From Caedibacter taeniospiralis (GTDB lineage Bacteria; Pseudomonadota; Gammaproteobacteria; Francisellales; Francisellaceae), in assembly GCF_002803295.2 (NCBI RefSeq), contig NZ_PGGB02000001.1, forward strand, positions 119,602 to 128,485: a stretch of DNA of 8,884 nt, read 5' to 3'. Below are positions 1 through 7,066 of the stretch, piece after piece. The notes beneath the pieces were generated by a model. The model had not been told where the DNA came from, did no database searches, and saw nothing but the letters and a program-made list of their open reading frames with translations. The translations under genes were made by a program, and so were the position numbers. Every line of letters starts with the position of its first letter. Positions within the stretch are counted from its first letter, which is position 1.

Positions 1-132
1 CTAAGCCAGATTGATGCAAAAAATTATGTGGCTGAACTTAAAGCCCAATCTCAGGTAAAGCGCATTTTAAAACTGGGTTTGGCGTTTAATCATAAGCAAG
101 TTATTGTTAAACACCATTTTCAAATGAGATGA
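1..132 (+). CDS. 3' end (43 codons plus TGA) of a gene entering from the left. The C-terminus resembles the PD-(D/E)XK nuclease family PDDEXK_9, which is usually the C-terminal half of AAA-ATPase-like proteins.
   Basis: Frame 1 is open from nt 1 to the TGA at 130-132 and reads LSQIDAKNYVAELKAQSQVKRILKLGLAFNHKQVIVKHHFQMR. The pattern QI-x-x-K-x-Y ... hydrophobic-G-hydrophobic-x-F ... K-x-V matches my memory of PDDEXK_9 C-termini. Only 43 aa are visible, so the family call is by recollection and not by search. Confidence 0.45.
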   Translation, partial: LSQIDAKNYVAELKAQSQVKRILKLGLAFNHKQVIVKHHFQMR

Positions 133-184
133 AGGCTAATGTAACTTTAAAGCTAGATGATAAGATCTTGAAACTTATCAACCA

Positions 185-1606
185 TTAAGGTTGGTTTTTA
201 TTTACCATAAACTTCCTTAACATAAAACACAACGCTGAGCCTACTATAGTCAACGCGATAAACAACAATAACCCTGATGACATGCTTGCTTTTGCTAACT
301 GCATATTGCTACTGGATATCGGTACCCATTGTGCAATCATTCCTGCAAACTTGCCACCAATCCCAAGTGTCACGAGCCAAATCCCCATATACAGCGAAAC
401 ATAACCAGGAGGTGCCAGTTTGGTAACCATCGATAAACCGATGGCAGATAGTGATAAATCACTCACCGACATGACTAAGAAAGCAATAATTAAATAAATC
501 GCCGCAACACCAGACTCAGGCTGAGTAGCCTTAATGCCTAACCACATAATGAGAAAAACGATGGTAAGCAGAATAAATCCCAGATTAAACTTGTCAATAT
601 CAGGCACTTGTTTGCCTTTTCTCTCAAAATAAAGCCACAACCTGCCCATGAAAAAGCCAAGTATTAAGACGCCAGCGGACTCAAAGCTCAAAAACTGTGA
701 ATCAAGGATCTGCCATCCTAGAAAATTTTTATTAACACCATTGGCAATAAACAACAGCACCGAAATAAATATCTGAAAATACAGTGCCCAGTATAAAATG
801 GACAATACAAAAAAGATAAATGCCACAATCACATTACGCCAGTATTTTTTCTGGGCAGATGAAAGCATCACCATCAGACAACCAATCGCTGCTACTGCAA
901 TGGTTGCATTTGCAATAATGGGATTTTTTAGCACCAGGAAAACCACAACAAAATACACGAGCAATATGCTCAAAGTTTTAGCGATAATACCGAAATTTAT
1001 TTTGACTTCTTTGATGTGTTTTGCCAAAAGGAAAAAACCAATGATTAAATTAATAAGTACAATCAGTGAGACAATCAAATTCGAATAAAAGGGTACGGCA
1101 AAGCCATAATTCTCACTCAAATAAGAGGCAATAAATAACGCCGCAAAAGCACCCAGGTTAATCCCCACATAGAAAATATTAAAGCCAAAATCACGCTGCC
1201 CTTCCGTGGCTGCTGTCTTATCATAGAAGCGACCGATGAATGAGCTGATATTCGACTTGATCAAACCCGTACTGATTGAGATAAAAGAGAGCCCTATATA
1301 CAGCAGGTTTTCGGAGCTTGCCAGTGCTAAAATAGAGCTGCCTATAATCATAAATACCGCCCCTAGCATGGCTGCGCGATAGTAGTTAATCAACTTATCT
1401 GCAATGATACCGCCAACCAGGGCGGAGATGTACACCATACCTAAAACCGTACCCACCAGGGAAGCGCTTTGCGCCTGTGAAAGGTTAAATTCCTGGATCA
1501 AAAAGAAAATGAGTAAGGATTGAATAACGTAATAGCTGTAGCGTTCGCCAAACTCCGTCAGACTGGAAATGGTTAACACGCCTGCTTGTCCTTTGAGTGC
1601 TTTCAT
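185..1606 (-). CDS. Proton-dependent oligopeptide transporter (POT/PTR2 family, MFS); di/tripeptide permease-like
   Basis: 473-aa ORF that is hydrophobic throughout. It has the N-terminal POT motif E-x-x-E-R-x-x-Y-Y (TEFGERYSYY). It also has GGIIADKLINYYRAAMLGAVFMIIG (PTR2 signature 1-like) and FNIFYVGINLGAF (PTR2 signature 2-like). ATG at 1606 is preceded by AGGA (1613-1616) with a 6-nt spacer. Confidence 0.9.
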   Translation of the reverse strand: MKALKGQAGVLTISSLTEFGERYSYYVIQSLLIFFLIQEFNLSQAQSASLVGTVLGMVYISALVGGIIADKLINYYRAAMLGAVFMIIGSSILALASSENLLYIGLSFISISTGLIKSNISSFIGRFYDKTAATEGQRDFGFNIFYVGINLGAFAALFIASYLSENYGFAVPFYSNLIVSLIVLINLIIGFFLLAKHIKEVKINFGIIAKTLSILLVYFVVVFLVLKNPIIANATIAVAAIGCLMVMLSSAQKKYWRNVIVAFIFFVLSILYWALYFQIFISVLLFIANGVNKNFLGWQILDSQFLSFESAGVLILGFFMGRLWLYFERKGKQVPDIDKFNLGFILLTIVFLIMWLGIKATQPESGVAAIYLIIAFLVMSVSDLSLSAIGLSMVTKLAPPGYVSLYMGIWLVTLGIGGKFAGMIAQWVPISSSNMQLAKASMSSGLLLFIALTIVGSALCFMLRKFMVNKNQP

Positions 1607-1749
1607 AATTTATCCTTTAAATTTATTTAACAAGGCTGACAATTCGATAACAAAATTAAGCAAAAATCAATAAATTCCGTAAACCCGACTACTCTGGAGA
1701 GTCAGCTAAAATGATTGACGAGTGCTATAGTTAATAGCAAACCCACTCT

Positions 1750-2916
1750 CTAAATAATTTCTCCCTTATACAACTTATCTAAAAACACCTTCCATGGCAG
1801 AATGTCAATTTCAACAGGATCAAGTATTTTGCGTGGCATTTCATCTTGTGAAACAACAATTGCTCGAGCTTCTTGATGTTCTTCGCAAAATGCAATTAAA
1901 CCTTTCAGATCCGATTTTTTTACACATGAAGATATTTTAACTTCTATTGCAACTTGAGCATTTCCCAAAACAAAATCTACTTCTAAACCTGACTTGGTTC
2001 GCCAGTAGCTAATGGTAAACTGCTTTTGCACTAATCCCTTATAAGCCATAAGCTCCATCATAATGTAATGCTCGAAACTTCTTCCAGCTTGAGCACCTTT
2101 TAATGCCTGTATGCTTATGCCAGCTAAATAATTAGCAATTGCCACATCAAAGAAATAAAACTTTGGTGTTGCGGTAATAAGGTCTCGTTTTATTTTTGTT
2201 CTAAATGGATAAATAAAATACCCTAAGAGTGTGTCGATAAGTATCTGGTAAAAGTTCTGAACCGTTGAGCGATCAATACCGCAATCTCTTGCGATATTAC
2301 TCATATTAATAAGCTCACCATTAGTCATACCCGCAACATCCAAAAAACGTGCAAACCCAGGTAAATTGCGCACTAAACCTTCATTTCTAATTTCATCGGT
2401 CAAATAGACGTCAATATAAGCCTGCAAATGTTGTTGTATATACTCAGGTCTAGATAAATAATGATCAGGAATCAATCCTTGCTGGAGTGCTTTAAGTAAA
2501 TCAAATTGCGGAATTTCTGCAAAAGTTAATGGATAAAAATGATACACCCACGCACGTCCACCCAGCAGGTTTGTTGATTGTGTCTTTAAAGCTCTGGCAC
2601 TTGAACCACATAGAATAAATTGCGTCTTTGCATTCTCAATCAACCAGTGCACCTCGTTCATCAAACCAGGAATCTTCTGCACTTCGTCTATAATGACAGG
2701 CTTTTTGCTTGATAAGGGATCAAATGCCAAAACCTCTTCCCTCAATATATGTGGTGATTTTGATAATTTTATTAAAAGATCGGTATTGAGCAAATCATAG
2801 AACTTTGCATCAGGAAATACATGCTTTAGATAAGATGACTTACCAATACGTCTTGCTCCCCATAAGAAGGTTGATTGCCGCTCTGGCAAATTTAATTTTA
2901 AAATGCGCTTGAACAT
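1750..2916 (-). CDS. Stand-alone AAA+ ATPase of the COG1373 type (AAA_14 plus DUF4143 architecture) with a C-terminal PD-(D/E)XK-like nuclease motif
   Basis: 388-aa ORF. Walker A is GARRIGKSS (aa 20-28) and Walker B is VIIDEVQ (aa 74-80). Family-typical blocks are present: LLGGRAWVYHFYPLTFAE, an HTH-like IARDCGIDRSTVQNFYQIL, and KFYFFDVAIANYL. The C-terminus reads SYWRTKSGLEVDFVLGNAQVAIEVK (D314 ... E325-x-K327). No obvious Shine-Dalgarno lies upstream of the ATG at 2916. Confidence 0.85.
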   Translation of the reverse strand: MFKRILKLNLPERQSTFLWGARRIGKSSYLKHVFPDAKFYDLLNTDLLIKLSKSPHILREEVLAFDPLSSKKPVIIDEVQKIPGLMNEVHWLIENAKTQFILCGSSARALKTQSTNLLGGRAWVYHFYPLTFAEIPQFDLLKALQQGLIPDHYLSRPEYIQQHLQAYIDVYLTDEIRNEGLVRNLPGFARFLDVAGMTNGELINMSNIARDCGIDRSTVQNFYQILIDTLLGYFIYPFRTKIKRDLITATPKFYFFDVAIANYLAGISIQALKGAQAGRSFEHYIMMELMAYKGLVQKQFTISYWRTKSGLEVDFVLGNAQVAIEVKISSCVKKSDLKGLIAFCEEHQEARAIVVSQDEMPRKILDPVEIDILPWKVFLDKLYKGEII

Positions 2917-3027
2917 AATTTTAAACCATTAGCTGATATATGCAGCAAATAGTATTGCTAATTGATGAGAAAGACAACAAAAAGAAATGCCATAAGGAAT
3001 CTCCCGCTTAATAACGTGTACCTCAGT

Positions 3028-3065
3028 GTAGGGTGGATGCGCCTTCGGCTTATCCACCCTGCTAC
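3028..3065. repeat. REP-like extragenic palindrome (single copy in this window)
   Basis: The sequence is GTAGGGTGGAT-gcGCCttcGGCtt-ATCCACCCTgCTAC. It has a 9-bp perfect stem AGGGTGGAT (3030-3038) / ATCCACCCT (3052-3060). An inner GCC/GGC mini-stem sits in the loop. The outer ends are GTAG ... CTAC. The GGATGCG...CTTATCC layout recalls E. coli REP units. It lies in the spacer 76-113 nt past the tdh stop. Confidence 0.5.
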
Positions 3066-3140
3066 CGTCAAAATAAACGAGTATCTTATTAAACTTTATA
3101 TCCATAAACGCTACAAAATTATTTACGATGGGTATGGATT

Positions 3141-4190
3141 TTATTCCCAGTTCAAAATCACCTTGCCGCATTGCCCTGACTTCATAAGCTCAAATCCCTG
3201 TAAAAAATCATCGACATGAAACTGATGCGTGATCACAGGACTCACATCCAGACCTGAGCCTACCATGCTTGCCATTTTGTACCAGGTTTCGTAGATTTCA
3301 CGCCCATAAATCCCTTTTAAGTGTAAGCCTTTAAAGACAATATCATTCCATGGGACAGTCATCTGGTTACCGCCAATCCCAAGAAGGGCAATATTGCCAC
3401 CATTATTCATCGTGTGGATCATGGCGTTAATTGCACTATGATGCCCTGACATCTCAAGCCCAACATCAAAGCCCTCGGTCATGCCAAGCTTGTTCATGGT
3501 TTTCTTTAACAGCTGTGTCTGTCCATCTGCCGTTTTATGCGCGCTCACATTGAGTGCCACGTCAGCTCCCATTTTCTTAGCAAGCTCCAAACGATAATCG
3601 TTAATATCGGTAATGACAATGTGTTTGGCGCCCACATGACGCGCAATCGCCGCTGCCATAATGCCAATGGGACCTGCACCGGTGATCAACACATCCTCAC
3701 CGATAAGTCCAAATGAAAGTGCGGTATGCACCGCATTGCCAAATGGATCAAACATACTGGCAATATCATCGCTGACATAGTCTGGCACTTTAAAGGTGTT
3801 CTCCGCTGGAATGGCTAAATATTCCGCAAAAGCGCCTTGGCGATTCACTCCGACCCCCACGGTATTGCGACATAAATGACGTTTGCCCGCACGACAGTTG
3901 CGGCAAAAACCACAGGTAATATGTCCCTCACCTGATACGCGATCCCCAATTTTAAAACCTTTGACCTCACAACCTAAGGCGACAATCTCACCAACAAATT
4001 CATGCCCCACAGCCATGGGCACGGGAATGGTTTTTTGCGACCACTCATCCCATAGATAAATATGTAAATCGGTGCCACAAATCGCCGTTTTTTTAATCCT
4101 GATTAGAACGTCATTGTGACCTATTTCAGGAATCGGCAACTCAGCCATCCAAATGCCAGGTTCTGCTTTAAGCTTGGATAACGCTTTCAT
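3141..4190 (-). CDS. tdh: L-threonine 3-dehydrogenase (zinc-dependent medium-chain dehydrogenase)
   Basis: It aligns by eye with E. coli Tdh from [10 protein letters not shown] onward. Catalytic Zn ligand contexts are present ([15 protein letters not shown]). The structural Zn cluster is [18 protein letters not shown]-binding GAGPIG is present, and the C-terminus is GKVILNWE. The ORF extends 13 codons further to the ATG at 4229 (alternates at 4205/4202). 4190 is chosen by homology. Confidence 0.93.
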   Translation of the reverse strand: MKALSKLKAEPGIWMAELPIPEIGHNDVLIRIKKTAICGTDLHIYLWDEWSQKTIPVPMAVGHEFVGEIVALGCEVKGFKIGDRVSGEGHITCGFCRNCRAGKRHLCRNTVGVGVNRQGAFAEYLAIPAENTFKVPDYVSDDIASMFDPFGNAVHTALSFGLIGEDVLITGAGPIGIMAAAIARHVGAKHIVITDINDYRLELAKKMGADVALNVSAHKTADGQTQLLKKTMNKLGMTEGFDVGLEMSGHHSAINAMIHTMNNGGNIALLGIGGNQMTVPWNDIVFKGLHLKGIYGREIYETWYKMASMVGSGLDVSPVITHQFHVDDFLQGFELMKSGQCGKVILNWE

Positions 4191-4229
4191 TGTTTTTTTC
4201 ATCATTTTCGTCTCTTGGATTTCTTGCAT

Positions 4230-5423
4230 TTAGATCACACCCATTTCTTTGCCAACTTCAATAAAGGCGGTTACGGTCTTGTCAATCTGCTCAGGTGTGT
4301 GTGCCGCTGACATCTGCGTGCGAATGCGCGCTAAACCTTTTGGTACCACAGGATATGAAAATGCAACAACATAAATACCTTTGTGCAAAAGCTTTTCTGC
4401 CATTTCAGCCGCCTTTTTTTCTTCATACAGCATCACTGGGATAATCGGATGCTGACCAGGAATCAAATCAAAACCCGCAGCCATCATTTTTTGTCTGAAG
4501 TGTTTCTGGTTACGTTGCAGCGTGTCGCGCCTTTCATCTGAGTTCATCGCAAGGTTTATCGCTGCTATTGACGTCGCGGCGATCATGGGTGCCAGCGAAT
4601 TTGAAAACAAATAAGGTCGTGCTTTTTGTTTCAGCATTTCAGCAACTGGAGCGCGCGCGGCAATAAAACCGCCTGATGCCCCACCTAAGGCTTTGCCTAA
4701 AGTGCTGCTTATGATGTCAATGCGACCCTCAACACCGCAGAAACTCGGCGTGCCACGACCCTTCTCACCGATAAAACCTGTCGCATGTGAGTCATCGACC
4801 ATGACAACCGCATTATACTTATCCGCTAAATCACATACGCCCTTTAAGTTAGCAATAATGCCATCCATAGAAAAAACGCCATCAGTAACAATAAGCTTAA
4901 ATCTCGCACCCTTTTCATCTGCGGCTTTTAGCTGATCTTCCAAGTCTGCCATGTCATTATTTTTATAGCGAAAGCGCATTGCTTTGCACAAACGCACGCC
5001 ATCAATAATGCTCGCATGATTGAGCTGATCACTGATGATCGCATCTTCAGCGCCCAGGATAGACTCGAACACACCACCATTAGCATCAAAACAAGAGGGG
5101 AAAACAATGGTTTCTTCCATTTTTAAATACTGGCTAATCAGCTCTTCAAGTTCTCTGTGTGGGGTTTGCGTGCCACAGATAAAGCGCACGGATGCCGCCC
5201 CATAGCCATATTGATTCAAGGCTTTTTTAGCCGCATCAATTAACTCTTGATTATCTGCCAACCCTAAATAGTTATTGGCGCAGAAGTTAATAACCTGCTC
5301 ACCGTTTTTAAGTGTAATATTTGACGATTGTGGTGAGTTAATAATGCGCTCACCTTTGTAAGTCCCTGCGCCTTTAATATCATTAATCTCTTGGCGCAAA
5401 TGATCATAAAATGCCTTATTCAC
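4230..5423 (-). CDS. kbl: 2-amino-3-ketobutyrate CoA ligase (glycine C-acetyltransferase), PLP-dependent
   Basis: Near-colinear by eye with E. coli Kbl: [70 protein letters not shown]-lysine context STLGKALGG, and [19 protein letters not shown] start at 5423 has AAGGA 6 nt upstream and gives 397 aa (E. coli Kbl is 398 aa). The longest ORF starts at the ATG at 5483. Confidence 0.93.
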   Translation of the reverse strand: MNKAFYDHLRQEINDIKGAGTYKGERIINSPQSSNITLKNGEQVINFCANNYLGLADNQELIDAAKKALNQYGYGAASVRFICGTQTPHRELEELISQYLKMEETIVFPSCFDANGGVFESILGAEDAIISDQLNHASIIDGVRLCKAMRFRYKNNDMADLEDQLKAADEKGARFKLIVTDGVFSMDGIIANLKGVCDLADKYNAVVMVDDSHATGFIGEKGRGTPSFCGVEGRIDIISSTLGKALGGASGGFIAARAPVAEMLKQKARPYLFSNSLAPMIAATSIAAINLAMNSDERRDTLQRNQKHFRQKMMAAGFDLIPGQHPIIPVMLYEEKKAAEMAEKLLHKGIYVVAFSYPVVPKGLARIRTQMSAAHTPEQIDKTVTAFIEVGKEMGVI

Positions 5424-5481
5424 ATCGTTTCCTTTTGTCTGATTGTCGTTACTGACTGGAGTTACTGAAAAACCTCGCCAC

Positions 5482-5511
5482 ATTCTACCTGAGAATGTGT
5501 GCTGACAACAA
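5482..5511 (-). promoter_or_regulatory. Putative sigma70-type promoter of the kbl-tdh operon
   Basis: On the minus strand: TTGTTG (5511-5506), an 18-nt spacer, then TAGAAT (5487-5482). The -10 hexamer overlaps the ATG at 5483 of the longest ORF. A transcript starting just downstream would leave a leader of roughly 50 nt before the GTG at 5423. This is pattern match only. Confidence 0.35.
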
Positions 5512-5605
5512 GTCGTTCAGTAGGTTTATAAAAAAGCTGGCAGTAGTGCTATTGGTGCATGCAGTTGTCTAGCGAAGGGCGTTTGGGATTTCACAGGCAA
5601 CCAGG

Positions 5606-7066
5606 TTACCACGCAGGAATTGCCGCATCGTCAGGGTAAAGTTTTTCAGTCAGTTTAGCTACCTGTGGCGATTGGTAGGCTTTCACAAATTTAATAAGAA
5701 GTGGGTTATTTTTATCCTTCTCCCTCGCAGCAATGATATTGGCAAAAGGCGAATCTTTGGGTTCAACAAATAACGCTTGCTTTAAGGTCAAATGCGCTTT
5801 AGGCAGGAAACTATTGTTGATGATAGCAAGTGTCACACTGCCCAGGTTGTTGGGAATTTGATCCGCCTGTAAGGGGATGATCTGCAATTTCAGTGGGTTA
5901 TCAATAATATCCTCTAAGGTTGCTTTCCAGCTCACTCCTGGTTTCAGTTTAATAAGACCTGCGTCAGCTAAAATCATCAATGCGCGCCCTCGATTCGTTG
6001 GATCGTTCGGGATGGCTATTTTGGCGCCGAGAGGGATTTCGTTTAGTGAATTTAATTTGCTTGAAAAAACCCCCATAGGATAAATAAAGGTTTTGCCAAT
6101 TTCCGTGATTTTGTAACCAAACTCTTTGACCTGATTCTCTAAAAACGGGATATGCTGGAAGACATTGGCATCGACATCCCCATCGTTTAAGGCCCGATTG
6201 GGAAGGTTATAATCACCAAAGGACACAAGTTTTACATCAAGTCCATATTCATCTTTGGCGACTTGTTGTGCCATTTGCATGACTTTTTGCTCTTCAGGCG
6301 ATGATTGCACATAGCCAACGGTTACGATGTTGATGTTTTGGCTTGTTTGATAGACATTATAGGCAACCTGGGCAATGGAGCCTGCCACCAGAACCGCCAT
6401 AAGCGCCCACACGCTGGTGAGCTTTTTGTTACTACTGAGATATTTACCATAGGATTGGCATAGTTGAACAAGAATAATGAGTAAAATCACGCCGCCATAG
6501 AGTAGGAAATAGTTACCGTTGTTATAACCCTGGAAGTAGGTCAGATCCCCTAAGCCCCCGCCGCCAACGATACCTGCCATTGCCGAGTAACCAATAAGAC
6601 CAATCGTTGTTAAGGTGGCTGCATCAACCAGGAGTGTTTTGGCTTCAGGCAGTAGCACTTTAAAGATAATCTGCAGTTTGCTCGCTCCCATGGCATTAGC
6701 GGCTTCTATTAATCCTTTATCGACTTCTGAGATAGCAGATTCGGCAAGGCGCGCATAGAAAGGTAATGCAGCAATCGCCAGTGGCACAATCGATGCGGTT
6801 GTGCCAATAGTGGTGCCCACAAGGAGTTTGGTCACAGGATAAAGCAAAATCAGCAGGATAATATAAGGAATAGAGCGCGTGACGTTGACAATAAAACCCA
6901 CGATTTGATTGAATAATTGTACAGCCAGATTTTTCCTGTTGTGTGACAGGTGCAACAAAACACCCAGTATCAGTCCGCCAACGATGGCAATGAGTGTTGC
7001 GATAAAAACCATGTAAATTGTTTGCCAGGTGGCAAGAGCCAAACTAGAAAGCATCGATTGCAGCAT
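5606..7066 (-). CDS. metI-metQ: Methionine ABC importer permease (MetI) fused in frame to the MetQ/NlpA-family substrate-binding domain
   Basis: 486-aa ORF. Residues 1-212 match MetI (TRSIPYIILL, GTTIGTTASIVPLAIAALPFYARL, EAA-loop GLIEAANAMGASKLQIIFKVLLPEA, GYSAMAGIVGGGGLG). Residues ~216-236 form a hydrophobic linker. Residues ~245-486 match MetQ (VAKDEYGLDVKLVSFGDYNLPNRALNDGDVDANVFQH, IAIPNDPTNRGRAL, VKAYQS). The ATG at 7066 has GAGGT (7075-7079) with an 8-nt spacer. Confidence 0.9.
   Translation of the reverse strand: MLQSMLSSLALATWQTIYMVFIATLIAIVGGLILGVLLHLSHNRKNLAVQLFNQIVGFIVNVTRSIPYIILLILLYPVTKLLVGTTIGTTASIVPLAIAALPFYARLAESAISEVDKGLIEAANAMGASKLQIIFKVLLPEAKTLLVDAATLTTIGLIGYSAMAGIVGGGGLGDLTYFQGYNNGNYFLLYGGVILLIILVQLCQSYGKYLSSNKKLTSVWALMAVLVAGSIAQVAYNVYQTSQNINIVTVGYVQSSPEEQKVMQMAQQVAKDEYGLDVKLVSFGDYNLPNRALNDGDVDANVFQHIPFLENQVKEFGYKITEIGKTFIYPMGVFSSKLNSLNEIPLGAKIAIPNDPTNRGRALMILADAGLIKLKPGVSWKATLEDIIDNPLKLQIIPLQADQIPNNLGSVTLAIINNSFLPKAHLTLKQALFVEPKDSPFANIIAAREKDKNNPLLIKFVKAYQSPQVAKLTEKLYPDDAAIPAW

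Noticed and set aside
159-179. Hairpin GATAAG-N9-CTTATC between the convergent gene ends; a possible bidirectional terminator
   Set aside because: It is only a 6-bp AT-rich stem with no U-tract on either strand. That is too weak to call.
798-1088. 96-aa + strand ORF
   Set aside because: It lies entirely antisense within the well-supported POT transporter gene. The sequence is low-complexity with no recognisable motifs and no SD.
2928-2962. Inverted repeat ATTAGC-N23-GCTAAT just upstream of the ATPase start; a possible operator
   Set aside because: It is a 6-bp arm in AT-rich DNA with a nested 4-bp repeat, which is at chance level without cross-species conservation.
1650-3121. 9-bp direct repeat ACAAAATTA (1650-1658 and 3113-3121) bracketing the ATPase gene plus the REP element; a possible target-site duplication
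   Set aside because: An A/T-only-rich 9-mer shared between two AT-rich spacers of ~140 and ~220 bp is about what chance predicts. There are no terminal inverted repeats or recombinase gene to go with it.
3100-3139. 7-bp inverted repeat ATCCATA/TATGGAT immediately after the tdh stop
   Set aside because: The 26-nt loop, AT-rich stem and absence of a U-run make it unconvincing as an intrinsic terminator.
2929-3171. 80-aa minus-strand ORF ending 12 nt upstream of the ATPase start (an internal ATG at 3105 would give a 58-aa intergenic peptide with a hydrophobic tail)
   Set aside because: It starts inside the tdh 3' end in another frame and reads straight through the REP-like palindrome (RVDKPKAHPPY). 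There is no SD before either ATG. It is most likely a translation artefact of noncoding DNA. A small partner peptide for the ATPase cannot be completely excluded without conservation data.
2962-3219. 85-aa + strand ORF
   Set aside because: It is the opposite-strand reading of the same REP-containing spacer (VGWMRLRLIHP) and runs antisense into tdh. It is an artefact.
4693-4935. 80-aa + strand ORF
   Set aside because: It is antisense within kbl, whose frame is confirmed by near-colinear similarity to E. coli Kbl.
5520-5560. T6 run on the minus strand (5533-5538 on +) and the TGCATGCA palindrome downstream of metI-metQ, as a terminator or operator
   Set aside because: I could not fold a stable GC-rich stem directly upstream of the T-run. 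The 8-bp palindrome alone is not informative.
5877-6083. 68-aa + strand ORF
   Set aside because: It is antisense within the MetQ domain of the fusion gene.
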